52,352 bases of DNA. Origin: Candidatus Hermodarchaeota archaeon. Its GTDB lineage: Archaea; Asgardarchaeota; Hermodarchaeia; Hermodarchaeales; Hermodarchaeaceae. Positions within the stretch are counted from its first letter, which is position 1. Each line of letters begins with the position of its first letter. Position numbers and translations under genes: made by a program. Below the pieces are notes generated by a model. That model searched no databases, was not told the DNA's origin, and was given only the letters and a program-made list of their open reading frames with translations. Location of the stretch: contig JAEOUH010000058.1 of NCBI GenBank assembly GCA_016839365.1, positions 1-52,352 on the forward strand, read 5' to 3'. This document shows positions 1 through 9,166 of this stretch, in pieces.

Positions 1-2
1 AT

Positions 3-542
3 CAACTCCGCTACTTTGGCGATGGATTCGAAGACCGAAAACGTGTAGGAGACAAACTACTTGCCTGGCGGATTCCTGTCATCGAAGGCGAATTCGTCAT
101 TGAAGAGAAATTTGGAATTAAATCAGGCGTTGGTGGTGGAAACCTGATTCTAATGGGCAAAACCCCCAAGGCGACGCTCAAAGCCGCTGAAACTGCTGTT
201 GCGGCCATTCACACAGTTGACGGGTGTGTGGCACCATTTCCTGGCGGTATTTGCCGCAGTGGAAGCCAGGTAGGCTCCAAATACGATTTTCTGAAAGCTT
301 CAACGAATGTTCGCCTTTGTCCTACGCTTCGCGAACATGTCCCTAATAGCCTTGTCCCCCCTGGTGTTAATAGTGTACTCGAAATTGTTATGAATGGTCT
401 CAGTAAGAATGCGGTCCAAGACGGTATGCGTGCTGCGCTACAGGCTGCTGTTGAAGTTCCTGACCTAGTGAAGGTTTCAGCTGTGAATTTTGAAGGGAAA
501 CTCGGAAAACATAAACTCCATCTGAAAAGTCTACTTGACTAG
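3..542 (+). CDS. ftr: Formylmethanofuran--tetrahydromethanopterin N-formyltransferase, 5'-truncated by the window edge
   Basis: The frame is open from nt 3 (QLRYFGDGFE...WRIPVIEGEF..EEKFG..SGVGGGNL), then FPGGICRSGSQVGSKYDFLKASTN, EIVMNGL and SAVNFEGKLG, all characteristic Ftr motifs. The ORF-track start at 153 is internal. Confidence 0.93.
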   Translation, partial: QLRYFGDGFEDRKRVGDKLLAWRIPVIEGEFVIEEKFGIKSGVGGGNLILMGKTPKATLKAAETAVAAIHTVDGCVAPFPGGICRSGSQVGSKYDFLKASTNVRLCPTLREHVPNSLVPPGVNSVLEIVMNGLSKNAVQDGMRAALQAAVEVPDLVKVSAVNFEGKLGKHKLHLKSLLD

Positions 543-704
543 ACTCAATTACATCAACCTACTTCTCTCCCTTTTCGCAATCATGCGTAGAGGATATGCT
601 AGCCCAACGAAAGACACTTATCCTAATTTTCAAGAGACTAAAAGTGAGAAGAGGTTGGGGAAACAGACACTTCTCCATATATACCCATCTATGGGTGGTT
701 TACT

Positions 705-2141
705 ATGCCTACCTCTAAAATCGATGTCAGTAAGTTGGAAAAAGCTGAAGCTGAGTACCGTCATCTTTTTGAGAGTGTCCCAGTTGGTCTATTCAGGACC
801 AAACCAGGAGTGGGGGAAATCCTCGATGCAAATCCTGCCTTGGTCACCATGCTAGGCTTCCCAAATAAGGAAGCACTCCTGAAACGAACGTCTTCTTCGT
901 TTTATGTTGATCCAAATGCCCGACGAGAATGGGAGCAAAAGGTGGCAAAAGAGGATGTGGTCGTTGGGTTTGAGGCTCAATTTCGACGACTGGATGGTCG
1001 TTTGATCTGGGTTCTTCTGAGTAGTAGAGCGTTTCGAAATGCTCAAGGCAAAGTCCTCTACTATGAAGGCACCATCGAAGACATTACAGATCGTAAACAC
1101 GCCCAAGAGGCTCTCGCTGAAAGCGAAGAACGATACCGGCTTTTCTTCGAAAACCTGACTGATGTTCTCCTCCATTTGGACACGAATTTGAACATTATCG
1201 ATGTATCACCATCAATTGAGGCCCATTTAGGGTACCATCCCGATGAAGTGAAAGGGAAATCATATCCGAGCTTAGGCTTTATCCCGCCTGAGCTCCTTCC
1301 ACAAGCTCTGGAAAACACAAAAAGGCTCTTTGCTGGTGAAAAGGTAAGTCCCCATGAATATCCGTTCATTGCCAAGGATGGCTCGCGGGTGTGGGGTGAA
1401 ATGAGTAGTAAACAGGTGTATCGCGATGGGAAAATCGTGGCTCTCTATTCGCTAGTCCGGGACATTCATGATCGCAAGCTAGCTGAAATCGAATTAAGGA
1501 ACACAAATCGTGACCTCGAACTCTATGCAAAATTGCTGCGCCACGATATAATCAACGACATTCAGGTTATCTTCAGCAATACTGAGCTAATGGAAATGCA
1601 AATCCCTGAGGATTCGGAACTTTGTGATTTTCTCGAAGCCTCCCGGGGCGCAGCGGACAGGATGATTCATCTTCTCAATCTCTTACGACGTCCAGAACAA
1701 GAAGTTGAAAAAGAAATCGTGATTCTCATCGAAAGGGTGGCAAAGCAGGCGATGCAAACCCATAAGCAACTCACTGTGAAGGTAAATGCCCCGAAAAAAC
1801 TCAAAAAAATCCGTGTAGTGGGGGGTCGCCTCCTCCCTGTAGTTTTTGTTAATCTCTTCAGAAATGCCGCTCAACATGCTGGAGTAAGACCAAAAGTCGA
1901 TGTCACAATTGCTCAGAAGGCTGAGAAAATTCAAATCGATGTGACTGATAATGGCCCAGGTGTACCGAAAAAGCTCCAAGCGAAACTCTTCGAACGCAGT
2001 ACCGCCACGGATGGTGGAGGCTTAGGGTTGAACCTCGTCAAACGCGTCCTTGAAGCCTACGGTGGCTCAATCGAATTTATCTCGAAAACTAGCAAAAAAG
2101 GTGCTTCATTTCGCATCTTCTTACCAGTAGAGGAATCCTAA
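705..2141 (+). CDS. Cytoplasmic PAS-PAS sensor histidine kinase
   Basis: Two PAS/PAC repeats (YRHLFESVPVG...EDITDRK; YRLFFENLTD...RDIHDRK), phospho-His box LRHDIIN, and HATPase boxes NLFRNAAQH, DNGPG, GGGLGL. No TM segment. Confidence 0.92.
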   Translation: MPTSKIDVSKLEKAEAEYRHLFESVPVGLFRTKPGVGEILDANPALVTMLGFPNKEALLKRTSSSFYVDPNARREWEQKVAKEDVVVGFEAQFRRLDGRLIWVLLSSRAFRNAQGKVLYYEGTIEDITDRKHAQEALAESEERYRLFFENLTDVLLHLDTNLNIIDVSPSIEAHLGYHPDEVKGKSYPSLGFIPPELLPQALENTKRLFAGEKVSPHEYPFIAKDGSRVWGEMSSKQVYRDGKIVALYSLVRDIHDRKLAEIELRNTNRDLELYAKLLRHDIINDIQVIFSNTELMEMQIPEDSELCDFLEASRGAADRMIHLLNLLRRPEQEVEKEIVILIERVAKQAMQTHKQLTVKVNAPKKLKKIRVVGGRLLPVVFVNLFRNAAQHAGVRPKVDVTIAQKAEKIQIDVTDNGPGVPKKLQAKLFERSTATDGGGLGLNLVKRVLEAYGGSIEFISKTSKKGASFRIFLPVEES

Positions 2142-2377
2142 GTTTCAACTAAACGATATCCTCATTAGAGTCTCCATTAGGAAGCATACTTATCTGGGTT
2201 CTTTTCGAACTCTGATTTACAACCAGGCGCGCAGAAATAGTAGGTTTTTCCTTTATATTTTGAAGTCCACTTTGCTGTTTTCTCGTTGACTTTCATTTTA
2301 CAGATTGGATCAATTGCCATCAAATCACCTCGTAGGGTTCTTTGATTTTTGATTAGGTGTATAACTTCATTATATTA

Positions 2378-2397
2378 ATATATCGGATTAGATATAT
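2378..2397. promoter_or_regulatory. Candidate operator palindrome upstream of the padR-copA operon
   Basis: ATATATC-N6-GATATAT perfect inverted repeat in an AT-rich promoter region, ~40 nt before the TTG start at 2436. Confidence 0.45.
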
Positions 2398-2435
2398 CCC
2401 TCTCGTAATATAATACTTCTTCAGGGTGAACGGGC

Positions 2436-2891
2436 TTGAGCGAAAAACCATTAGACACGGTATTAGACGATCTGACCAAACTGTATATTCTCTTAGTACT
2501 CCATGAAGGGCCAACTCATGGATATGGCATAATTCGAAAACATCACACACGAACTGGTCGATCGCTTAGCGCCGGAACCCTTTACCCCTTCCTCCAAAAA
2601 CTAGAGCAACAGGGTCTGGTCACATCTGAAGACAAACCCGTGGGTAAACGCCCTCGGCGTGAATATTGTCTTACTCGCCATGGGCGTCGTTCAGTAAGCC
2701 AACTATTGAATCGGTTTGCCTCAATCACTGCTGCAGTCTTTGAGTCCAATTTACAGGTGTGCGCAAGTTGCGGTTGTAAAGTCTATGAAGGGGCGCATAT
2801 GGAAGAGATAAATGGCAAGCAAATGGTTTTTTGCTGCCATCACTGTGCAACTGCATATCAAAACCAGCTCCAAAACCGAACAGACAATTAA
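2436..2891 (+). CDS. PadR-family transcriptional regulator with C-terminal TRASH-like metal-binding domain
   Basis: PadR wHTH (GPTHGYGII...SAGTLYPFLQKLEQQGLV...RREYCLT) followed by CASCG...FCCHHCA. Sits directly upstream of copA. Confidence 0.85.
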   Translation: MSEKPLDTVLDDLTKLYILLVLHEGPTHGYGIIRKHHTRTGRSLSAGTLYPFLQKLEQQGLVTSEDKPVGKRPRREYCLTRHGRRSVSQLLNRFASITAAVFESNLQVCASCGCKVYEGAHMEEINGKQMVFCCHHCATAYQNQLQNRTDN

Positions 2892-2907
2892 CAAAAGGTG
2901 AGTAACA

Positions 2908-5370
2908 TTGAAGGAACAATCGAACCAGGAACCAGAAACAGAACGGCTTTCAATGCGCATAAAAGGAATGCATTGTGCTGCTTGTGTCGCCACAATCGAG
3001 AAAGCTTTACTCCAACATCAGGGTGTTGCCAACGCCTCAGTTAATCTATTGGAAGAGAAAGCTACCATTGATGTTATTCCGGGGAAAGTGACCCGTCAAG
3101 AGTTGGAAGAAGCCGTTGTGTCAACAGGTTACACGCCAAAACGAGCCACTATGACACTGACTCTATCCCCCTCACCACGCTCAGATGAATGGTCATACAT
3201 CAAAGAAACTGTTCTGAATATCAACGGCGTATTGTCAGTCTCGGAGCATGTTATGTCTGGGCGATTAGTAGTCGAATACGATGAGGTATTGGTTACGCTG
3301 AAAATCGTGCGAAACAGTCTGAAATCGATAGGGTTTGACATTGCAGCTGATGTGACCACAGAGATTGACCGTGAAGCCATGAGCCGTAAACATGAAATCC
3401 GCTATTATTCGTGGCGCCTGGCTTTTACAATCTTTTTCACCGTTCCCATTGTCCTCTTCTCATTTTTCCCGCATCTTCTTACTCCCTATCTTCCTCTGGG
3501 AATTACCCCTGCTGTAGTTCTGTTTCTTCTCACGACACCGATTCAGTTCATTGGTGGGTACCCATTTTACAAGTCTGCTTTGAATGCCGCGAGACATGGA
3601 AAAACAAACATGGACACGCTCATTATGTTGGGGACAAGTGTCGCCTACTTCTACTCTGTTGTAGCTACCTTCCTTCTGATAGGTCAGGAGGTCTTCTATG
3701 GCTCTGCAGCCATGCTGCTTAGCTTCATTCTTCTTGGGCGAACGCTAGAAGCAATCGCGAAAGGACAAACTTCCCAAGCGATTCGTGCGCTCATGGACTT
3801 ACAACCCAAAACTGCCATCGTTCTCCGAGACGGTGAAGAAATCACCATCCCAACAGATGAAGTCGATGTGGGGGAGAAGCTGCTTATTCGCCCAGGCGCT
3901 CAGATTCCCGTGGATGGCTATGTGGTTGAAGGTCAATCCTCGGTCAACGAGGCCATGATTACAGGCGAATCCGTTCCTGTGAGTAAAAAGGTGGATGATG
4001 ATGTCATCGGTGGAACGATTAACGAAACGGGAATACTAGTAATTGAAGCAACTAAGGTCGGATCAGACACCGTACTGGCTCAGATTATTCACATGGTTGA
4101 AGAAGCCCAAACCCATAAGCCGCCAATTCAACGAAAAGCTGATGCCATAGCCGAAAAGTTCGTACCTTTCATCATTCTCCTATCCCTCATCGTGTTCAGT
4201 GCATGGCTAATCCTAATCGTCTTCACACCTTGGTTTCCAGGACTTACTTGGGTCGCCGCAATGGGCTTTTCAATCGCAGTATTAGTTGCCGCTTGCCCTT
4301 GTGCACTTGGGTTGGCTACGCCTGCAGCTCTAATGGTAGGTATTGGTCGGGGTGCACAGCTTGGGATTCTAATTAAAACTGGCGAAGGTTTAGAAGTTAT
4401 TCCCCAAGTGGACACAATGGTGTTTGACAAAACCGGCACTCTAACCATCGGAAAACCAACAGTGACCGATATTTACACAGCGGGAGACTTCGACGCCAAA
4501 GAAGCCCTTTCGTTCATTGCATCAGCCGAAAAATACAGCGAACATCCCCTCGCGAACGCAATAGTTCGTTATGCAGAGGAAACCGACATCCCGTTTTTAG
4601 AAATCAATGACTTTGATTCTATTACAGGAAAAGGTGTTCAAGCCGTAGTAGAGAAACGTACGATTCTTGTTGGAAATGATCTTCTTATGCAAGAACATGG
4701 GGTTGATATCACGGAGCTGGAATCACATATTGTTCCACTTCAAAAAGATGGAAAAACCACAATCTTTGCCGCTAGAGACGGAAACCTTCTCGCATTAATA
4801 GCCATCGCGGACGTTCTCAAACCCGACTCAAACCAAGCTATTACACAACTTAAGAAGATGAATATCGACGTAGTCATGCTTACGGGAGATAAGCAACAAA
4901 CCGCAGAAGCGATTGGTCAACAAGCAGGCATCAGTAGTGTTATCGCACAGGTTCTACCTGAAGAAAAAGCTCACGAAATCCAAAAGCTCCAAGCGCACGA
5001 ACGTACCGTCGCCATGACTGGTGACGGGATCAATGATGCCCCTGCACTGGCTCAAGCAGATGTTGGAATCGCTCTAGGTTCTGGAACGGATGTCTCTGTT
5101 GAAACCGGTGACATCGTTCTTGTCCGAGACAACCTCCTTGATGTAGTGGCTGCAGTTCAGCTGGGAAAAAAAACTGTCTCCAAGATTCGGCAGGGCTTTT
5201 TCTGGGCTCTAATCTATAATATTATTCTTCTCCCAATTGCGGCTGGCGCATTCTATCCCTATATCTTCCTTCGTCCTGAATGGGCCGCATTAGCCATGGC
5301 TCTGTCCAGTGTAAGCGTTGTTACAAATGCCCTACTCCTCCAACGATTCAAGCCTCTCCTCGACTCCTGA
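2908..5370 (+). CDS. copA: Cu(I)-translocating P1B-type ATPase
   Basis: N-terminal GMHCAAC HMA domain, TGES, CPC, DKTGT, SEHP, GDGINDAP, and YN / MALSS transmembrane Cu ligands. Confidence 0.95.
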   Translation: MKEQSNQEPETERLSMRIKGMHCAACVATIEKALLQHQGVANASVNLLEEKATIDVIPGKVTRQELEEAVVSTGYTPKRATMTLTLSPSPRSDEWSYIKETVLNINGVLSVSEHVMSGRLVVEYDEVLVTLKIVRNSLKSIGFDIAADVTTEIDREAMSRKHEIRYYSWRLAFTIFFTVPIVLFSFFPHLLTPYLPLGITPAVVLFLLTTPIQFIGGYPFYKSALNAARHGKTNMDTLIMLGTSVAYFYSVVATFLLIGQEVFYGSAAMLLSFILLGRTLEAIAKGQTSQAIRALMDLQPKTAIVLRDGEEITIPTDEVDVGEKLLIRPGAQIPVDGYVVEGQSSVNEAMITGESVPVSKKVDDDVIGGTINETGILVIEATKVGSDTVLAQIIHMVEEAQTHKPPIQRKADAIAEKFVPFIILLSLIVFSAWLILIVFTPWFPGLTWVAAMGFSIAVLVAACPCALGLATPAALMVGIGRGAQLGILIKTGEGLEVIPQVDTMVFDKTGTLTIGKPTVTDIYTAGDFDAKEALSFIASAEKYSEHPLANAIVRYAEETDIPFLEINDFDSITGKGVQAVVEKRTILVGNDLLMQEHGVDITELESHIVPLQKDGKTTIFAARDGNLLALIAIADVLKPDSNQAITQLKKMNIDVVMLTGDKQQTAEAIGQQAGISSVIAQVLPEEKAHEIQKLQAHERTVAMTGDGINDAPALAQADVGIALGSGTDVSVETGDIVLVRDNLLDVVAAVQLGKKTVSKIRQGFFWALIYNIILLPIAAGAFYPYIFLRPEWAALAMALSSVSVVTNALLLQRFKPLLDS

Positions 5371-5612
5371 ATAATATTCGAATCGAGCATAATTGAAAGG
5401 AAACTTCAAAGAAGTGTTCAAATCTTTTCGAAATTCAGGCAAGCAAGGAAATCTTATGTCTAAACCGAAATGGAAACATAGGATTCACAAGATGAACACA
5501 ATACTCTTAACCCTGAATTACCGAGCAATCAGTGGGCAACGCAAGCGGGGATTTCTTGCAACACCTACATTGTAAACCAAACGAGATGTAAGTGAAACGG
5601 ACAGTGCAATCA

Positions 5613-5978
5613 ATGGCATCAATCTTCATCGTTGATGACGAAGAGAACCTGCACCAAATCTACAAGGCTCTCTTCCAGATTAGGGGTCACAAGGTAATCG
5701 GCTCTGCTTTTGATGGCGACGAAGCAGTCCAGATTTTTTTAACAATGGATCCCAAACCCGATGTCATTATCATGGATCATCGAATGCCTCGTATGGACGG
5801 AATTATCGCGACAAAGATGATTCAAGAAATTGATTCGCACTCTAAAATCATCTTCGTGAGTGCTGACGAAACTGTCCGCTCAGAGGCTATAGATGCAGGC
5901 GCTACAGTTTTCCAAGTAAAACCCGTGCGTGCGAAAGAGCTCTTTAAAATCATTGAAATGATAGCTGAGGACAACTAA
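5613..5978 (+). CDS. Stand-alone response regulator receiver (CheY-like)
   Basis: IVDDE, DVIIMDHRMPRMDG, FVSA and KP motifs. ATG at 5613 preferred over GTG at 5592. Confidence 0.92.
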   Translation: MASIFIVDDEENLHQIYKALFQIRGHKVIGSAFDGDEAVQIFLTMDPKPDVIIMDHRMPRMDGIIATKMIQEIDSHSKIIFVSADETVRSEAIDAGATVFQVKPVRAKELFKIIEMIAEDN

Positions 5979-6014
5979 CAGGCCTCTGCACCTGAGAGAC
6001 TGGAAAAAGAAGTG

Positions 6015-6052
6015 AACCAGTCGAAGAGTACCCGATCACCATTCGACTGGTT
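6015..6052. terminator. Hairpin between convergent genes (candidate terminator)
   Basis: AACCAGTCGAA-N16-TTCGACTGGTT, an 11-bp perfect inverted repeat between the stops at 5978 (+) and 6060 (-). Confidence 0.6.
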
Positions 6053-6059
6053 TCCTGAG

Positions 6060-6986
6060 TTAGGTTCTGCTCCGCTTTCGGACCAGGAGAAAAGCTGTCC
6101 CTACAACCACAATTACCGTGATGACACCAATTACAATCAGAATTCCCCCTATACCACCTAATGGGTTCGGTGGAGGGGTTTCTGATGACTCATCGATGAG
6201 CCATTGAGTCACCTTTTCTAATAGACCCCATTCGGAGTCGGGATCATCAAGATAATCATATTGAGTGGTTCCGTCCCGGTCGCTGCCTTCTTCAAATTCA
6301 GGATGGGGGCCACAGATGAATGTGGTTCCATATCCATAGTGAGAAACACACAGAGCAATACCATCATTTGCGGCATATGACATGATGGGGATTACTTCTT
6401 CCAGATTAGTTGGAACGAAATAATGAGAACCCCAGTAGAGAGATTGGTAGGAAGCTGGTTCATCACTTAAATCAGGACCAGTGGAAGCTTGATTAACATC
6501 CATCTCGATTAATTGTGGACCTCCAGAAATTCCTGGAATGGGATATATCCATTCACCTTGACACAACCTAAGCGTTTGTGTAGCAAGCATTCCACCCCCA
6601 CAGATTCCGAAATATGAACCACCAGTAGCAACAAATTGCAGGACAAGCTGAACTCCCAAATCTCCAAGATAAGTCGCATAGAGGTAGGGCGACCCACCTG
6701 GAAATGCAAGCAAATCAAGAGTAAATAGGGTTCCATTATGAATGCTTGTCTCGTCAACCCAGATAACTGTCGGACCCATCCAAACCATTAGGTTGTACAA
6801 AGCGATCGCACAATCATCATCGGCACCTGGTCCATTATACACACCGACATGAATCTCTGCTAAATCGGTTTGCGCTTGTACTAACATTCGGTCAGGTGCA
6901 AGAGGTAGAAGGGAACTAATCAGGGCAAAACCTACTAGGAGGTAAAAAATTCCTCGAGTTAGTTTCTTGGAGGAAATATTGGTCAA
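6060..6986 (-). CDS. Surface-anchored BPL_N / class I glutamine-amidotransferase-like protein
   Basis: Signal-like N-terminus, VYNGPGA, FPGG, YFGICGG (nucleophile elbow), GPHPE, Pro-rich linker, C-terminal TM helix and basic tail RKRSRT. Confidence 0.75.
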   Translation of the reverse strand: MTNISSKKLTRGIFYLLVGFALISSLLPLAPDRMLVQAQTDLAEIHVGVYNGPGADDDCAIALYNLMVWMGPTVIWVDETSIHNGTLFTLDLLAFPGGSPYLYATYLGDLGVQLVLQFVATGGSYFGICGGGMLATQTLRLCQGEWIYPIPGISGGPQLIEMDVNQASTGPDLSDEPASYQSLYWGSHYFVPTNLEEVIPIMSYAANDGIALCVSHYGYGTTFICGPHPEFEEGSDRDGTTQYDYLDDPDSEWGLLEKVTQWLIDESSETPPPNPLGGIGGILIVIGVITVIVVVGTAFLLVRKRSRT

Positions 6987-7156
6987 TTTTTTGTTCTCCT
7001 CTGTTATTCAGCCTTCGCGTCCTATTCGAACCGAACAGCTATTCCTTTTGGTAACAAAATCTCTCAAATATCCTCGTTAGCCGGCAGGTTCGGAATCATG
7101 TCTAAACCTTGTTGCTCTTTGGTTTTTTTCGAACAAATTGGTGCGAAAAAAGTAAA

Positions 7157-7576
7157 CTAGGGGGTTCTTCTCCGGAGAACGAGAAGCCAACTGCCTCCAA
7201 GGAGTGCTCCAAGCAGGATAGGCCGTACCTGTGGCAATACAAATTGAATAGTAAATGCCAATATCATAAGGGGCCATCCAATCTCATCGCCCCATTTCTC
7301 AAGGAATGTGTGCTTGTCGTCCTCTCGGTGTCTTTCATCCCATCGTAGTAAGACCCAAAGTCCGATAGTACAGACAATTAACCCAAGGCTGAAAAGAACC
7401 CAATAGAGGTACAAAGGCCACAGCCCTAACAGTTGGTCAATGACCACAAGGATTACAATAAATACAGAAATAATAAACGTAGCAAATATCCGCAGTTTGG
7501 ATTTGGGAATATCGTTCTCGGGTAAGCTAATTTTTGGAAATGCTTCACTAGCCGAAGGTTTTTCATTAGTCTTCAT
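7157..7576 (-). CDS. Small hypothetical membrane protein (~4 TM)
   Basis: Four hydrophobic segments; overlaps the stop of the upstream gene. Confidence 0.6.
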   Translation of the reverse strand: MKTNEKPSASEAFPKISLPENDIPKSKLRIFATFIISVFIVILVVIDQLLGLWPLYLYWVLFSLGLIVCTIGLWVLLRWDERHREDDKHTFLEKWGDEIGWPLMILAFTIQFVLPQVRPILLGALLGGSWLLVLRRRTP

Positions 7577-8006
7577 ATCGGTCCTCTCGGGCTAACTCGG
7601 TAGAGCCCGTATCGAAATGCTCTATCTTTCGTTGCCAGGCTCGCCCCTCACGGCCCTCCATGAAATAGAGTTCTGCAGCAGTAATCTCATCGGCTTCTAA
7701 CAGCTCATCTAGAGCTTCCTCATCATAAATCTCTCCACCGGGTCCAACCTCGTTTCGTTGGACTTCTTGTAAACGCCGCCCGACGAATTCGAATCGCAAA
7801 GCGAGTTTCTGGGCTGATTTGGCATCACGTTTCCTTAAGCTGTCTAAAACCATGCTTCGGATGATATCAGCGGAAGTCTTTTTGGTTGAACCCTTTATCA
7901 CTTCGGTTGCCACTTCATCCGCAACTCCAGCGGCGATATTCAACTGAAGGAGTAAATCCATGATTTGTAACTTGAATTGACGCCGATCCTTTGGAACCTT
8001 TGACAT
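7566..8006 (-). CDS. Hypothetical protein with ATP-cone-like N-terminus and acidic C-terminal motif
   Basis: AGGAG RBS 9 nt before ATG 8006. VADEVATEV...ADIIRSMVLDSLRKRDAKSA resembles ATP-cone helices; C-terminal EIYDEEALDELLEADEITAAELYFMEG. Confidence 0.6.
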   Translation of the reverse strand: MSKVPKDRRQFKLQIMDLLLQLNIAAGVADEVATEVIKGSTKKTSADIIRSMVLDSLRKRDAKSAQKLALRFEFVGRRLQEVQRNEVGPGGEIYDEEALDELLEADEITAAELYFMEGREGRAWQRKIEHFDTGSTELAREDRYED

Positions 8007-8147
8007 GAAGCTCATCTCCTCTGGAATATAGTATTGTATAGTGAATACAAACAACACTTAACATCTTTGCTTCTTGCTAGTCCTGAACAGCTAAAGGCAC
8101 CTTGTTGCTATCAACCACTATACTTTCAACGAAAGGAGAAATCGGTT

Positions 8148-9005
8148 ATGGAACTGAAACAGGTAAGTAAATCCACCTGGGCTGTCGTCGACGGATCAAC
8201 CTTCGGGAATGTTGGGTGTATCCGTATCCCCAACCACATCGTCGTCATTGATACGGGCATGACGCCAGGAATCGCCAAGGAATTCCATACCCGCATTCAA
8301 GAAGACGTAGGGACACCGATAACCGAGGTTATCCTCACCCATTATCACTCTGACCATGTTTTCGGTGCCCAAGAGTTCCAGCAATACCCACTCATCGCCT
8401 CAATCAAGATGGCTGAACTGTATCCTGACCTTCTGGAAGAAAGGTGGTCCCCACAGAGTATTGAGGCGATGAGGAAAGCTTATGCGGAAACCGAACCCGA
8501 ATTCAGTCAACAACTCGAAAACCTACAAATCATTACACCAGTAAATACATTTGAGACATCACTTATTTTGGGAGAGAATGAAGAAATTCAGGTTACCCAA
8601 ACTGGTGGGCATACTGTAGGGCATTCTACGGTCTATTTCGTTCCCGAACGCATCCTCTTTGCCGGTGACCTCATCTTCTGTCAACAATACCCATATGCTG
8701 GCGATCCAACGAATAATCCCCAAACTTGGATACAAGCCTTAGAAGAAATCCTCGAAATGGATATTGATACGATTGTTCCAGGGCATGGTCCGTTATGTGA
8801 TAAGGCTGAAATCCGATTGCACCTAGCATATTTCAGAGCCCTTGAACATTGGATTTGTAGCAAAATCAAATTAGGGGCACCCCTTTCTGAAGTTCAAAAA
8901 GACAAGGAAACTGGACCATCTCCACCCTACCAGCTGAAAGCAGAGAGACGGTTTGAAGCAACCATTCAGCGTTGGTATAACTTCTATTCGGAAATTATAC
9001 ACTAA
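8148..9005 (+). CDS. MBL-fold metallo-hydrolase (cyclase/glyoxalase II-like)
   Basis: VIDTG, THYHSDH, GHTVGH, LFAGDL and VPGHG motifs; AAGGAG RBS before ATG 8148. Confidence 0.9.
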   Translation: MELKQVSKSTWAVVDGSTFGNVGCIRIPNHIVVIDTGMTPGIAKEFHTRIQEDVGTPITEVILTHYHSDHVFGAQEFQQYPLIASIKMAELYPDLLEERWSPQSIEAMRKAYAETEPEFSQQLENLQIITPVNTFETSLILGENEEIQVTQTGGHTVGHSTVYFVPERILFAGDLIFCQQYPYAGDPTNNPQTWIQALEEILEMDIDTIVPGHGPLCDKAEIRLHLAYFRALEHWICSKIKLGAPLSEVQKDKETGPSPPYQLKAERRFEATIQRWYNFYSEIIH

Positions 9006-9166
9006 GGTCCCTACTCCATTCATTCACTTTGGTGTGAAAGTTACTAGTTTTTTCTTATCGAATCTACTCATATTCATTGAAGTACAGCAAATTTAAGAAT
9101 GGTTAGTTATTGTTTAGTACAACACTAGCCCATTGCTAGAAAAACTGGAAGTGCATCCTTAGAAAA

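Noticed and set aside
535-855. 106-aa ORF overlapping ftr and the kinase
   Set aside because: Overlaps two supported genes and spans the kinase promoter region.
5393-5575. 60-aa ORF between copA and the receiver gene
   Set aside because: TTG start, no motif and no other support; likely intergenic.
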